A stretch of DNA of 64,000 nt from Candidatus Eiseniibacteriota bacterium. Lineage in GTDB: Bacteria > Eisenbacteria > RBG-16-71-46 > CAZAMP01. A program made the position numbers and the translations under genes. Of this stretch, positions 54,219-64,000 are shown piece after piece. The first letter of the stretch is position 1, and each line of letters begins with the position of its first letter. The notes beneath the pieces are model-generated. The model saw nothing but the letters and a program-made list of their open reading frames with translations, made no database searches and was not told the origin of the DNA. The stretch is from NCBI GenBank assembly GCA_965224245.1, contig OZ245046.1, forward strand, positions 2,016,001-2,080,000, given 5' to 3'.

Positions 54219-56909
54219 TCAGCGAATGACGACAAATCGTCCCACCTTCGTACCCTGCGACTCGGTCACCACGGTGTACAGGTAGACCCCGGCCACGATG
54301 TCCTGGCCGTTCCGGCTCACGAGGTTCCAGAAGGCGGTACCTCCGATGCCGTCGACCTCCTGGTCGATCGTCTGCACGAGATCGCCCGCGAGCGTGTAGA
54401 CCTTGATGATGTTCCGACCCTCGGGGAGGTTCGCAAACGCGATTCGCGTCCCCGTCGGATCGCTGTCGGAGGGGATGAGGTCCCAGCCCCACGGCAGGAC
54501 GGTGCGATCGCCCTGGATGTAGGGGTTGGGCACGACGTAGATCTCGTTCTTCGTGTCCTGCTTCGGCCAGGCCGGCGTCACCGCCTGGGATTCGCGTGCG
54601 GCCGGACGCCCGGAGAGCTCGAAGTGCCGGATCAGGGTGTCCCCTTCGCTCGAGACGTTGATGTCGTCCCAGGCGCTGAACGCGGTGACGTCGTAGAAAT
54701 ACAACATCCCGTTCTTGATGCCCTCCCGATCCTCGTAGCGATAGCGCCCGATCGGATACAGGTCGGCGAACTCCTGTCCCGCGGTGGTGTCGCCGGTGGC
54801 GATGCCGGTCTCCTCGGGCACCAGCGACGTGTTCAACAGGAAGTTGCGCTGCGGCCAGCAGAACTGCGGACACGCCTCGCACGGGTCGTCCGGGAGCACG
54901 CCATCGGGATCCTCGGGCTCCCAGTTGCCGAGATAGTCGCCGATGTTGAACTCGAACGGGATGAACTCCCCGGCCACCTTCGGCGCGGGCACCAGGCAGG
55001 TGTCCGGAGGCGAGTCCGGGTGCAGCACGTACTGCGAGATCAGCTGCCACTCTTCCGGCGCGGGCCCGGTGGAGCCCACCGGTCGCCGCCAGCCCTCGAC
55101 GCGCCAGATCCGGTAGCCCTCGAACAGGATGCGCCGCTGAATGGGATCGGCCTTCAGCTCCGAGAGGTTGTTCCACTCCAGAACGACCTTGCGGTCGCCA
55201 CCGGGCGCGGCCACCGCGATCCCCTCGGCCTCGGGGTCGGTGTTCATGATCGGTGGCGGCGGCGCGACGGTCCCGACCCAGTTGACGAGCGTCTCCGGAC
55301 CGGGGTCGCTCGAGGTGGAGAGCGGCGTGCAGTCGTCGCAGTCGTTGTTGACGTAGACGCTCGGTGCGCAGTAGCCCTCCCACGAGAACGCCTGGAAGTC
55401 ACCCGGGATCGAGTCGCACGGGTCGTCCCACAGCACGACACCGGAGTCCCCGGCCCCCGACGGACGTAGGCACAGCTCGCGTCCGGCGACGCCGGTGTTC
55501 TCGTTCTCGTCGGCGTCTCGCCAGGCGCCATCGAAGATCACCTGCGCCTGCACGGCGTTGTCCAGCATGCCGGCCTTGCCGTCCCCGATCACGAAGGCCG
55601 TCTGGAAGGTCAGGAACGTGTCGGCGGGCAGGGTCTTGAACGGTCCGGCCGAGATCACGTAGCGGTAGTCGGCCGGCTTCGGCGTGTCACGGGCCGGCAG
55701 ACCGCTGCCGGAGATCAGGTCGTAGCGCTCGACGTCGTTGCGCGGGTCGCCCTCGGGATACGGCTCGGAGCCCGAGAAGAAGGCCGCCCGGCGGATCGAC
55801 ACCTCCGCGGGTGCCTCGATGCCGGCCGGGTCGATCGTGTGCCCGAGGAACATGCCGCCGAAGTAGCCCGGCACGTCCCCGCCGCGTACCCCACCCTGCT
55901 CCTCGTTGATCTCCGAATCGGGCGTGTCGAAGATGTACGCGATGTCCACCGCCAGATTGCGCTCGCGGCACGCCTCGCCGATCGGCACGGTGTCGTCGAT
56001 CACGGTGGTGTCGATCGCGACGTAGCCACCCTTGTCGTCCACCCAGTAGCTCTGCTTGTCCTTCGGACCGGCGTCGCCATCCACGAAGAACGCAATGTAG
56101 ACGTCGTTCAGGGTCTCGTTTCCGATGTTCCACACCCTGAAGTCGAACCCGACGAACTCGTTGGCGCCGGTCGTGGCCCATGCGAACGAGCGCTGCTGCA
56201 CGAGCAGATCGAGGGGCACGTGGTCGGGCTCGGACTCCTGCGTAAACTCGGAGAGATCCCAGTACTGACACGAGAACATCTGCTGGCCGATGGCCTCGAA
56301 GTCCTCGTCGATGAACCCGTCGCCGTCGTCGTCGAATCCGTTCAGGAAGTCCTCGTCGATCGAGAGGTCCACGCCGCCGTTCCAGTCGTCGTTGGCTCCC
56401 GAGGTGCGGATGTCACCGATGTCCTCGCCGATGAAGTCCTGGGGTCCGGACGAGAACCCGATCCGGTTACCGCCGCTGATGCCCTCGAAGGCCTCGTAGA
56501 CGGTCCACTCCGGCTCGGCGGGGGGCAGGAACTCGAGGTCGTACACCGCCGTCGTGACGTGCGGAATGCCGTCCGAGCGCTTCGCCCCCACCCACAGCCC
56601 GGCCGCGTAGAGGTACTCGCCTCCGCGCCAGCCGGCCGAGAACGCATCGATGAAGAAGTTTCCGATCATACCCACGTTGGTGATCTGCAGCTGCAGAAGT
56701 CCCACGTTGTGGGTGAACACGTTCGGCGGTCGGATCGCGAACAGCGGCGCCGGTCCGCGATCGGCGAGCTCGTCCATGAGAGCGGGGAGATCGGTGAGCT
56801 CCCCTTTCGCCAGGGCTCCGGACGCGATCACGGCGCCCGACAGCGTGCCCAGCACGCCGAGCCGCAGCGCGCGGACGCCTCGCCCCGAACGAGACACGGT
56901 CTGTTTCAT
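54219..56909 (-). CDS. Large acidic secreted protein with a T9SS-like C-terminal domain
   Basis: HNVGLLQLQITNVG..EYLYAAGLWVGA; FEGYRIWR; CTD IYVVPNPY..IAFANLP..IKVYTLAGDLV..WNL..AGVYLY..GRFVVIR. Confidence 0.8.
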   Translation of the reverse strand: MKQTVSRSGRGVRALRLGVLGTLSGAVIASGALAKGELTDLPALMDELADRGPAPLFAIRPPNVFTHNVGLLQLQITNVGMIGNFFIDAFSAGWRGGEYLYAAGLWVGAKRSDGIPHVTTAVYDLEFLPPAEPEWTVYEAFEGISGGNRIGFSSGPQDFIGEDIGDIRTSGANDDWNGGVDLSIDEDFLNGFDDDGDGFIDEDFEAIGQQMFSCQYWDLSEFTQESEPDHVPLDLLVQQRSFAWATTGANEFVGFDFRVWNIGNETLNDVYIAFFVDGDAGPKDKQSYWVDDKGGYVAIDTTVIDDTVPIGEACRERNLAVDIAYIFDTPDSEINEEQGGVRGGDVPGYFGGMFLGHTIDPAGIEAPAEVSIRRAAFFSGSEPYPEGDPRNDVERYDLISGSGLPARDTPKPADYRYVISAGPFKTLPADTFLTFQTAFVIGDGKAGMLDNAVQAQVIFDGAWRDADENENTGVAGRELCLRPSGAGDSGVVLWDDPCDSIPGDFQAFSWEGYCAPSVYVNNDCDDCTPLSTSSDPGPETLVNWVGTVAPPPPIMNTDPEAEGIAVAAPGGDRKVVLEWNNLSELKADPIQRRILFEGYRIWRVEGWRRPVGSTGPAPEEWQLISQYVLHPDSPPDTCLVPAPKVAGEFIPFEFNIGDYLGNWEPEDPDGVLPDDPCEACPQFCWPQRNFLLNTSLVPEETGIATGDTTAGQEFADLYPIGRYRYEDREGIKNGMLYFYDVTAFSAWDDINVSSEGDTLIRHFELSGRPAARESQAVTPAWPKQDTKNEIYVVPNPYIQGDRTVLPWGWDLIPSDSDPTGTRIAFANLPEGRNIIKVYTLAGDLVQTIDQEVDGIGGTAFWNLVSRNGQDIVAGVYLYTVVTESQGTKVGRFVVIR

Positions 56910-56977
56910 ATCCACCTCACCGGACGTTGGAGACCCCTGCCGACGACTCGTGATGCGACGCGCTCCGGCCCGCCGCC

Positions 56978-59701
56978 TCAGAACGCGAGCGCCACGCCCA
57001 TGCGGACGTTGCGCCCATCCGCGAAGACGCGCGGATCGTTGAGGGGAACCCAGTCCTCGCTCCCGTCCCCGTCGATGTCCTCACCGAGATACGCGCCACC
57101 CGCGTTACCGGTCTCGGTGTAGTAGACGATGTACTCGAACCCATCCAGCCCCGGTGCCAGCGGCCAGTTCGTCGGTGTCGGATTCACGACGTTTCGCGAG
57201 TCCAGCACGTTGTTGGCCTGGACGAACACGCGGAAGGGCTGGTTCCAGACGTCGTAGTGCCGCTCGAACTGGAGATTCAGCCGGGCATCCGCCGGGAGGC
57301 GCCGCGAGTTGACGGTCTCCGGCTCGATGTCGCGCGTGTCACGCTCGCGCGGCGTGTACGGGAAGCCCGTGCCGAACGACCACACCCCACCGAGGCTCCA
57401 GTTTCCGGTCGGGTCCTGCACCGTGAACGACGCGTTGAAGCTGTGTCGCTGATCCCACGACAGCGGCTGCTCGGAGATCGGAAGGTAGCGGAACTCGAGC
57501 TCGTTGGCCGCGTTGGGATCCGACGCCACCCCCGACGCCACACCAAACGTGTACGAGAGCTCTCCGGTCAGGCCACCGGCGAACGCACGGCTGAGGCTGA
57601 CCTCGAAGCCGCGGGAGGACGCGTAGTCGCGGTTGATGTACTGATCCACGAGGCTCGCCGAGTTGGTCGCGCGCACGCTCTCGACCGACAGGAGGCCGAA
57701 GATGTCCTTGTAGTAGACCGAGAACTGCCCCTTCACCGACTCGGAGAACAGGTGCTGGATCGCCGCCTGGTAGGCGACCGTGTTCTCGTTTCCGAGGTTC
57801 GGGTTGCCACGCACGCGGTTGTCGGTGACGGTGCGGTTGTTGTAGAGATACTGCCGGTCGGGGAACTGGTAGTAGCGACCGTAGTGGAAGCTGAACACGT
57901 CGCGGTCCGAGATCGGGTAGGCGATGCCGATGCGCGGACTGATCTGCTGGGTGATCGTCTGGTCCACCTCGGACGGATCCACCTGATTGCCCACCGAGAA
58001 CGCGTCGTACCGGAACCCGATGTTGAGCACCATGCCCTCGTGCTCCCAGCGGTCCTGCACGTACAGGGCACCCTCGGGCTGATAGTAGTGGTAGCGATCC
58101 GTCACCCCGATCAGCCCCGAGCCCGAGTCCCGGAACAGGTACATCTGGGTGACCTGATGGAAGAAGAGGTCGTTGTACCGGAAGTCGAAGCCGGTCTCGA
58201 ACGTGTGATTCCGCCACCGGTGGGTCAGGTCGCTCTTGAACGAGTAGACCTTCGTCTTGCGGTCGGACCAGAGCGGGTAGTCGCCACCCCGGGCGAAGAA
58301 CGACGACTGCTCGCTGTTCTCGTAGTCGAAGTAGAGATCGCGTAGCGCATCGCCCTGGTACTCCCAGGGGTTCTGCCCGTTCACGCGCCGCGTGTCGTTG
58401 AAGGACTGACGCGCGGCCTTGAGCGAGTAGAAGGTGTTCCCGTCCCCGATGGTGTGGGTGAACGAGAGCTTCACCTGGTTGTACAGGTTCTGGTCGTTCG
58501 GCGTCCGCTCGAACGCGTTGTAGTACTCGTAGGAGTCATCCACGCGGAACGGCGACCACGGGCCGCGCCGCAGCCGGATCTGCGGGGGGCCGCCCCCACC
58601 GGTCTCGAGCGTGTCGAAGAACGTCTTGACGTAACCTTCCCAGCTCCAGTTGTGGTAGTAGTTGTCGCTGCGCGTGCGGTTGTTGATGATCTCCATGTTG
58701 AGCTTGTACGGGATGCCCGGACGCCACGTGAACTTCGACTGGAGTCGGATGTCGTTCACCTTCCGGTCGCCGACGGAGATGAAGTCGAGCACACGCGTGT
58801 GGTTGCGACGTTCCCGGGTGGCCGGATAGGCGTCCGACCACGACCCCTGCGCCGACACGAAGTAGTTCGCGTTGTCGATCGGAAGCGGCCCGCCCAGGCT
58901 GAACTGCACGCGGTCGTAGTTGTTGAACGTCTTGTCGGGGGCGCCGAAGTCGTCGGTCTCGTATCGGAGCTGACCGGCGACGTGGTCACCACCCTCCTTG
59001 GTCGTGTAGTTGATGACACCGGACTGGGCGTTGCCGTACTTCGCGTCCATGCCGCCCAGGATCACCTCGGCGTCCTCGACCGCGAACGTGCCGAGGCTCA
59101 CGCTGCCGCCCGAGAGCGGGTTGCGCACCGGCACGCCGTCGACCATGACCGCGACCTCGCCCGAACGACCGCCCCGGAAGAACAGCTCGCCGCCCTTGGC
59201 GACGACGCCGGCCTTCAACGCGATGGCGTCGGTGATCTCTTCGACGGGGAGCGACTGGATGTCGTCGGAGCTGACGCCGGTCTTGACCTGGGTGTCCTTC
59301 AGATCGATCAGCTCGGCCTTCTTGCCCTCGACGACGACCTCACCCAGCGTGCTCACGATGGACGGAACCATCACGAACCCGACGGTGGTCTCGCCGGACT
59401 CGTCGATGGTCACGCCGTCCTTCGTCATGGCCTCGTAGCCGATGTAGGTGGCCTTGACGCTGTAGGTGCCGCTCGGAACGCCGGCGATCGAGAACCGACC
59501 CTGGTCGTCGGTGATGCCGCCTCGTTCGGTTCCGATGACGCTGACGTTCGTGAAAGCGAGGGGCTGGCCCGTCTCCTTGTCGGTGACCGTGCCGACCAGG
59601 GTGCCGGCAAGCGCGGAGGTCACGACGCCGAGACCGAGAATGCACGAGGTCAGAACGAACAGCCAGAAGCCCGACCGCCCCCGATCAGGGTGGTCCAACA
59701 T
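56978..59701 (-). CDS. TonB-dependent receptor with an N-terminal carboxypeptidase-like regulatory domain
   Basis: GTVTDKETGQPL..YIGY; plug FRGGRSGE..VDGV..GGMDAKYGNAQSGVIN; SPRIGIAYPI; C-terminal Phe. Confidence 0.9.
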   Translation of the reverse strand: MLDHPDRGRSGFWLFVLTSCILGLGVVTSALAGTLVGTVTDKETGQPLAFTNVSVIGTERGGITDDQGRFSIAGVPSGTYSVKATYIGYEAMTKDGVTIDESGETTVGFVMVPSIVSTLGEVVVEGKKAELIDLKDTQVKTGVSSDDIQSLPVEEITDAIALKAGVVAKGGELFFRGGRSGEVAVMVDGVPVRNPLSGGSVSLGTFAVEDAEVILGGMDAKYGNAQSGVINYTTKEGGDHVAGQLRYETDDFGAPDKTFNNYDRVQFSLGGPLPIDNANYFVSAQGSWSDAYPATRERRNHTRVLDFISVGDRKVNDIRLQSKFTWRPGIPYKLNMEIINNRTRSDNYYHNWSWEGYVKTFFDTLETGGGGPPQIRLRRGPWSPFRVDDSYEYYNAFERTPNDQNLYNQVKLSFTHTIGDGNTFYSLKAARQSFNDTRRVNGQNPWEYQGDALRDLYFDYENSEQSSFFARGGDYPLWSDRKTKVYSFKSDLTHRWRNHTFETGFDFRYNDLFFHQVTQMYLFRDSGSGLIGVTDRYHYYQPEGALYVQDRWEHEGMVLNIGFRYDAFSVGNQVDPSEVDQTITQQISPRIGIAYPISDRDVFSFHYGRYYQFPDRQYLYNNRTVTDNRVRGNPNLGNENTVAYQAAIQHLFSESVKGQFSVYYKDIFGLLSVESVRATNSASLVDQYINRDYASSRGFEVSLSRAFAGGLTGELSYTFGVASGVASDPNAANELEFRYLPISEQPLSWDQRHSFNASFTVQDPTGNWSLGGVWSFGTGFPYTPRERDTRDIEPETVNSRRLPADARLNLQFERHYDVWNQPFRVFVQANNVLDSRNVVNPTPTNWPLAPGLDGFEYIVYYTETGNAGGAYLGEDIDGDGSEDWVPLNDPRVFADGRNVRMGVALAF

Positions 59702-59747
59702 CGGAACACGGTCCTTTCTCCCAGCCCCCGGAGTCTTGACGCTTCTC

Positions 59748-59777
59748 AAAGTACAGTCTCCTCCCCCGCGGTGTCAA
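59748..59777 (-). promoter_or_regulatory. Sigma70 promoter of the TonB receptor unit
   Basis: TTGACA-N18-TACTTT. Confidence 0.55.
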
Positions 59778-59870
59778 CGGCACGATCCCCACCGGCGCTC
59801 CGGTTGTTCGTCGGCAAATCGTGTCGTTTCTTTCGCTTAGCCGCTCGGCGCTCGGTATTGTGCATACCGG

Positions 59871-61367
59871 TCAGCGGAAGAGCGTCCGGCCGGCGAGCGT
59901 GAAGCTGGCCCCGTCCGTCTCGTCGAGCGGATCGGAGGGCACGGTCGTCTCTCCGTTGGTGATCCCGAACGCCAGGTCGATCATGAAGACGCCGCCGCGC
60001 GGCGCCCAGCCGAGGCCTGCCGAGTAACGGCGGCGCTCGGTCTCGATGTTGGTTGCACTGATGCGGTCGGCCTGGTCCCGCTTTGCCTGAGTCAGGACGA
60101 ACCCGCCGCGCACGATCAGATCGGAGACCCAGAAGTACTCGACGCCCGTTCGCAGCGTCGTGATCTCGTCGGTGGTGGTCGCGACGTTCTCGAAGGCCTC
60201 GGACGTGAGATCGCCGTTGGTGACGTTGAGCTCTCCGGTGACGAGCAGTCTGGCGTGTGGGTGCAGGCCGGCCCCGACCTTGAACGTCGTCGCGTCGAAC
60301 TCGTCGTTGGTGGTTCGCACGAAGCGTGACCAGGTCGGGTGCCCCGTCGCCTCGTACGTGCCCTTCTCGTAGAGGACCGACGCCCCGACCTCGACCCGCC
60401 GGCCCGCGCTCAGGAGCCAGCGCGTTCCGACCGTGGTCTGCTTGCGCTCCTCGGTCAGGATCGGGATGCGGAGGTTCAGATCGACTCCGGACGGGTTCAG
60501 GAAGAACTCGCGCGCCCACGAGATGCGCAGGATCTCTCCACCGTCGAGGAGGGAGCGGCTGACGAACGCGCCGCCCTGCAAGGCACCATCCCGCCCGTAG
60601 TACGTGGCCTGGGCTCCGAACTCGGTGATCGGACGATCCCAGGTGTATCGGTCGCGGTGCAGGCCGCTCGAGGAGACGCCGCTGACGCTGTTGCTCGAGA
60701 GCGACAGCGTGGCGCCCAGGTCGAGCTGGTCGTTCAGGAAGTAGACGACCCCGAACTTGTAGTCGAGCCGATCGGTCGCGTGCGCGATGGCCAGGGCGTC
60801 GCGTGCGGTGACGTCGTCGTCCTCGTTGAACGCGGACAGCGACACCCCCAGGACGGCCCTCTCGCCCAGCGCTTGATTGCCCACGACGCTGAACGTGGGG
60901 CCGCTGAACTTGTGGCGCTCGAAGTCGGTTCCCGAGCCACCCTCGACCGTGCCGCGGGTGAGGCCCCCTTCGACGCCGAGGGCCCGCTCGTAGCTGCGAA
61001 ACGAGATCTGGACCCCGCCCTCGGCGTTGGACCCGGACGACGGGATCGCGTTCGCGCGACGATTGACACTGCTGTTGGCCGCCCAGAAGTCGCCCGTCCA
61101 GGCGTCGCGGTCGACCAGAAAGCCGGCCACGTTGCGCCCGTAGTCCCACATGTTGATCTCGTCGGCCTCGTCCTGCACCGCCACCGAGACACCGCCCATC
61201 GCGTCCAGCCGGGCCGACGTATGGCTGAAGCGGTACGCGAGCTGCCAGTCGTCCAGAAAGCTCTCGGAGATCTGCGCGGCGGCGCGACCGGTCCACGCGA
61301 CCAGCATCGCCGCGCAAACGACGCTCCCCAAGGCCGCCGGCTTCCACACACCCATCCCTGTCGTCAC
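59871..61367 (-). CDS. Hypothetical outer-membrane beta-barrel
   Basis: Signal peptide, SARLDAMGGVSVA (FadL/PorV-like start), alternating beta-strand pattern. Confidence 0.7.
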   Translation of the reverse strand: MTTGMGVWKPAALGSVVCAAMLVAWTGRAAAQISESFLDDWQLAYRFSHTSARLDAMGGVSVAVQDEADEINMWDYGRNVAGFLVDRDAWTGDFWAANSSVNRRANAIPSSGSNAEGGVQISFRSYERALGVEGGLTRGTVEGGSGTDFERHKFSGPTFSVVGNQALGERAVLGVSLSAFNEDDDVTARDALAIAHATDRLDYKFGVVYFLNDQLDLGATLSLSSNSVSGVSSSGLHRDRYTWDRPITEFGAQATYYGRDGALQGGAFVSRSLLDGGEILRISWAREFFLNPSGVDLNLRIPILTEERKQTTVGTRWLLSAGRRVEVGASVLYEKGTYEATGHPTWSRFVRTTNDEFDATTFKVGAGLHPHARLLVTGELNVTNGDLTSEAFENVATTTDEITTLRTGVEYFWVSDLIVRGGFVLTQAKRDQADRISATNIETERRRYSAGLGWAPRGGVFMIDLAFGITNGETTVPSDPLDETDGASFTLAGRTLFR

Positions 61368-61370
61368 CTC

Positions 61371-62987
61371 TCACTCCTCCCGCGGCGGCGGCGGCTCGAC
61401 TCGGACCCGGACCGGGAGTGATCCCCAGCGCGGACCGCTCTCGGTCTGGTTGTCCCACAGCGCGATCGCGAACACGAAGTCGATCGCGCGATCCAGCGTC
61501 AGCTCGAAGTCGAAGTCCTGGATGTCGTTCCCGACCTCGTTCCCCTGGCCCCAGTCGGTGTAGAAGGACCGGGCCAGCTCGAGCGTCCACTTCCGCGTGA
61601 CGGGGTCGTACCCGCCGAACGCGCGGACGTCCAGTGCGTTGGTCAGGTGTGGCGGCGCTCCGTACTCGCCGCCGGCGCAGTTGCGCGGATCGTCGTCCTC
61701 GATCGGGAGCGGGCAGGCCGGCAGACAGAACGTGAACCGCTCGGGATCGGTGCCGTCCGCGTAGTCGTGGCCGAGCAGGTAGCCGGTCACGAAGTCGCCG
61801 GGCTGCCACAGGCGCCGCTGCTCGGGCTCCTTCGTCTCCCACAGGAACGGCACGTGATTCAGGATCTTGGGATCGGCGGGATTGGGCTCGAGGTACGCTC
61901 CCCGGACCGAGCCGCGGTGCAGCCACGGAAACGACATTCCCATGTTGACCTGCGTACAGGCCGAGTTGCCCGAGGTACCCGCGTTGGGATCGCTCGCGGG
62001 GTTCCAGCCGCGAAGCGGAATGCGATCCTCGGGATCGAGCGCGGTGTCGAAGTTCGGAATGTACAGCGCCGGGCCGTCGTCCAGCGTCATGGGCCCCGTG
62101 GTCGAGATGTACATGTCGTCGGCGTAGCCCGCGAAACCCTCCTGGGGATCGGCGTCACCCCCGATGTCGTTGATGTTGAACGTCTCGTGGAGCGGGTTGG
62201 TCCGGGACGCGCTCCAGAGCCACGCATCCAGGAAGCCCGAGGCCAGCGGACCGTATCCGGAGCCGTTCTTGATCGTCTCCATGCCGAACGCCCGGAACGA
62301 CCGGCCCTGAGCGTCCTCCGCGTCCCCGTCGCCGTGCACGAACAGGAGGAGGTCGTCGCCTCCGCGCTGCTCCCAGTCTTCGGGGTCGAGACGGTCGTTC
62401 TCACCGTAGAGCAGGACCTTGAGCGAGTCCTCGACCAGATCGGCGATCTCCGACTCGCTCGCATCGGGATAGAGCCCGCGGAAGTACGACTCGACGCGCG
62501 GCTCCGCGTTGGTGAGGTTGGGCCCGCGGTAGATCATCGCATCGCGGTATTGAGACGGCTCGACGTCGGACCACTGGAGAAGGAAGTACATGTTGCGCAG
62601 CGAGTACACCTCGTCGGCCGCGTTCCACTGCGCGGTGTAGGCCGCCTTCACCGCCACGAACTTCGAGGAGCCCGGATCGCCGAAACCGCTCTGCGGCGTG
62701 ACCTGGATGTAGGTGTACGGTCGAGCCTCGTCGTCGGGCGATCCCCACTCGAGGTTGTTGGCCTGACCGTCGAGGATGGGTATGCGTTGCTCCTCGACAG
62801 CCAGCTCGGAGTACTCCACGAAAGAGGCACGGACGACGAGGTCTTCCTCGATGACCTCGTCGATGTCGGACTGGCACGCGAGGGCACCCAGCGCGCCGAC
62901 GAGCGCGGCGGCTCGTGCCGCGCCGGCCGCCAGGTCGATGGATTGGTGACGCGTCGTGCCGGCGCGACCCCGAAAGGCGTTGTCCAT
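61371..62987 (-). CDS. Lipoprotein with an ethylbenzene-dehydrogenase-gamma-like (EB_dh/DOMON) domain
   Basis: Lipobox ALAC. PILDG..EW, VKAAY..MYFLLQWSD, DAWLWSASRTNP, GYADD, DVRAFG..WTLELAR, FAIALWDN. Confidence 0.65.
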   Translation of the reverse strand: MDNAFRGRAGTTRHQSIDLAAGAARAAALVGALGALACQSDIDEVIEEDLVVRASFVEYSELAVEEQRIPILDGQANNLEWGSPDDEARPYTYIQVTPQSGFGDPGSSKFVAVKAAYTAQWNAADEVYSLRNMYFLLQWSDVEPSQYRDAMIYRGPNLTNAEPRVESYFRGLYPDASESEIADLVEDSLKVLLYGENDRLDPEDWEQRGGDDLLLFVHGDGDAEDAQGRSFRAFGMETIKNGSGYGPLASGFLDAWLWSASRTNPLHETFNINDIGGDADPQEGFAGYADDMYISTTGPMTLDDGPALYIPNFDTALDPEDRIPLRGWNPASDPNAGTSGNSACTQVNMGMSFPWLHRGSVRGAYLEPNPADPKILNHVPFLWETKEPEQRRLWQPGDFVTGYLLGHDYADGTDPERFTFCLPACPLPIEDDDPRNCAGGEYGAPPHLTNALDVRAFGGYDPVTRKWTLELARSFYTDWGQGNEVGNDIQDFDFELTLDRAIDFVFAIALWDNQTESGPRWGSLPVRVRVEPPPPREE

Positions 62988-63075
62988 TGTGTTTCGCCGC
63001 TCCCCTAACCCCTGACCCTGACCCCTCGCGCCACTCGGGCGAGCGTCGCGTAGCACCCCGGTTTTCCAGCCCGTC

Positions 63076-63104
63076 ACGGTATCCGACGCGTTGATCGGTG
63101 TCAA
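63076..63104 (-). promoter_or_regulatory. Sigma70 promoter of the EB_dh-like/OMP pair
   Basis: TTGACA-N17-TACCGT. Confidence 0.55.
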
Positions 63105-63172
63105 GGCGACCGGAAGCGGCAACTCCTCGCCGGGAAAGGCTTTGAGGCTCACGAGACCGCTTCGGGGTCGAC

Positions 63173-64000
63173 TCAGGTCCGGTCGGGCGCCCGTTGATCG
63201 AACCGCAGGAACGCGTCGATGAACCCGTCGATGTCGCCGTCCATGACCGCCTGAACGTTACCCGTCTCGTGGGAGGTTCGGTGGTCCTTGACCAGCAGGT
63301 AGGGCTGGAACACGTAGGACCGGATCTGGTTGGACCACTCGATCTTCTTCTTCTCACCCGCCAGCGACGCGCGCTTCTCCTGCTCCTCCTCCAGCCGGCG
63401 CATCGCCAGACGCGCGGACAGGATCCGCATCGCGCTGTCCCGATTGCGATGCTGGCTCCGCTCGGACTGGCAGGTCACGACGATCCCGGTCGGCAGGTGC
63501 GTGATCCGGATCGCCGACTCGGTCTTGTTCACGTGCTGGCCGCCCGCCCCGGACGCCCGGTACGTGTCGACCTTCAGGTCGTCGGGTGAGATCTCGACCT
63601 CGCCGTCGGACTCCATGGCCGGGAGCACCATCACCGAGGCGAACGACGTATGGCGTCGTTTCTGGGCATCGAACGGGGAGATCCGGACCAGCCGGTGCAC
63701 CCCGATCTCGGACTTCAAGTAGCCGTACACGAAGTCGCCCTCGATCTCGGCGGTCACACCCTTGATCCCGGCCTCCTGGCCCTCCTGCAGGTCGATGACC
63801 TCCATCGCGTAGCCGCTTCGCTCCGCCCAGCGGGTGTACATGCGAAGGAGCATCTTCGCCCAGTCCTGGCTCTCGGTGCCGCCGGCTCCGGCGTTGATCT
63901 CCAGGATGGCGCCGTGAGAGTCGTACTCACCCGAGAGCAGGCTCCTGAGCTCGAAGGCATCCAGCTTCGCGTCCAGGGCGCGCGTCGCCTCGGCGGCCTC
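63173..64000 (-). CDS. prfB: Peptide chain release factor 2 (N-terminus beyond the right edge)
   Basis: [14 protein letters not shown] tripeptide in [23 protein letters not shown]. The frame is open to 64000. Confidence 0.96.
   Translation of the reverse strand, partial: EAAEATRALDAKLDAFELRSLLSGEYDSHGAILEINAGAGGTESQDWAKMLLRMYTRWAERSGYAMEVIDLQEGQEAGIKGVTAEIEGDFVYGYLKSEIGVHRLVRISPFDAQKRRHTSFASVMVLPAMESDGEVEISPDDLKVDTYRASGAGGQHVNKTESAIRITHLPTGIVVTCQSERSQHRNRDSAMRILSARLAMRRLEEEQEKRASLAGEKKKIEWSNQIRSYVFQPYLLVKDHRTSHETGNVQAVMDGDIDGFIDAFLRFDQRAPDRT

Noticed and set aside
63173-64000. prfB programmed +1 frameshift
   Set aside because: The site would lie near the gene's 5' end, outside the window, so it cannot be assessed.

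Overview
GC-rich bacterial chromosomal window, mostly housekeeping and envelope genes, with no prophage, IS element or CRISPR array that I can see. A SprA homolog, PorV-like barrels, T9SS/FlgD-type C-terminal domains, DUF4837 and a GWxTD protein suggest an FCB-affiliated high-GC lineage, for example Eisenbacteria-, Latescibacterota- or Krumholzibacteriota-like (inference). Order: partial sprA (-), lptFG (+), a small bacterial histone-fold gene with a Lys/Arg/Ser-rich N-terminal tail (-), DUF4837-aroB-aroQ-accB-pilT-like-accC (-), TPR/ECF sigma/anti-sigma/HtrA-like cluster (-), lipoprotein + FadL-like OMP + GNAT (+), Mrp antiporter operon (+), malectin-CotH-LTD secreted protein (-), sucCD-ndk-yceD-rpmF-plsX-fabHDG-acpP-fabF-rnc (-), rfaE kinase and adenylyltransferase (-), an orphan promoter with a structured RNA candidate (+), radC (-), lon (+), ftsY (-), a degenerate DnaQ/GIY-YIG fusion (+), pgk-tpiA-secG-tRNA-Leu (-), an outer-membrane cluster (EB_dh-like lipoprotein, OMP, TonB receptor, CTD protein, PorV-like, GWxTD; -) and partial prfB (-). 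Top findings are the tailed bacterial histone, a tRNA-Leu with the rare AAG (A34) anticodon, an unannotated sRNA candidate and a probable HtrA pseudoprotease in an ECF operon. All calls come from motif recognition by eye; no database searches were run.
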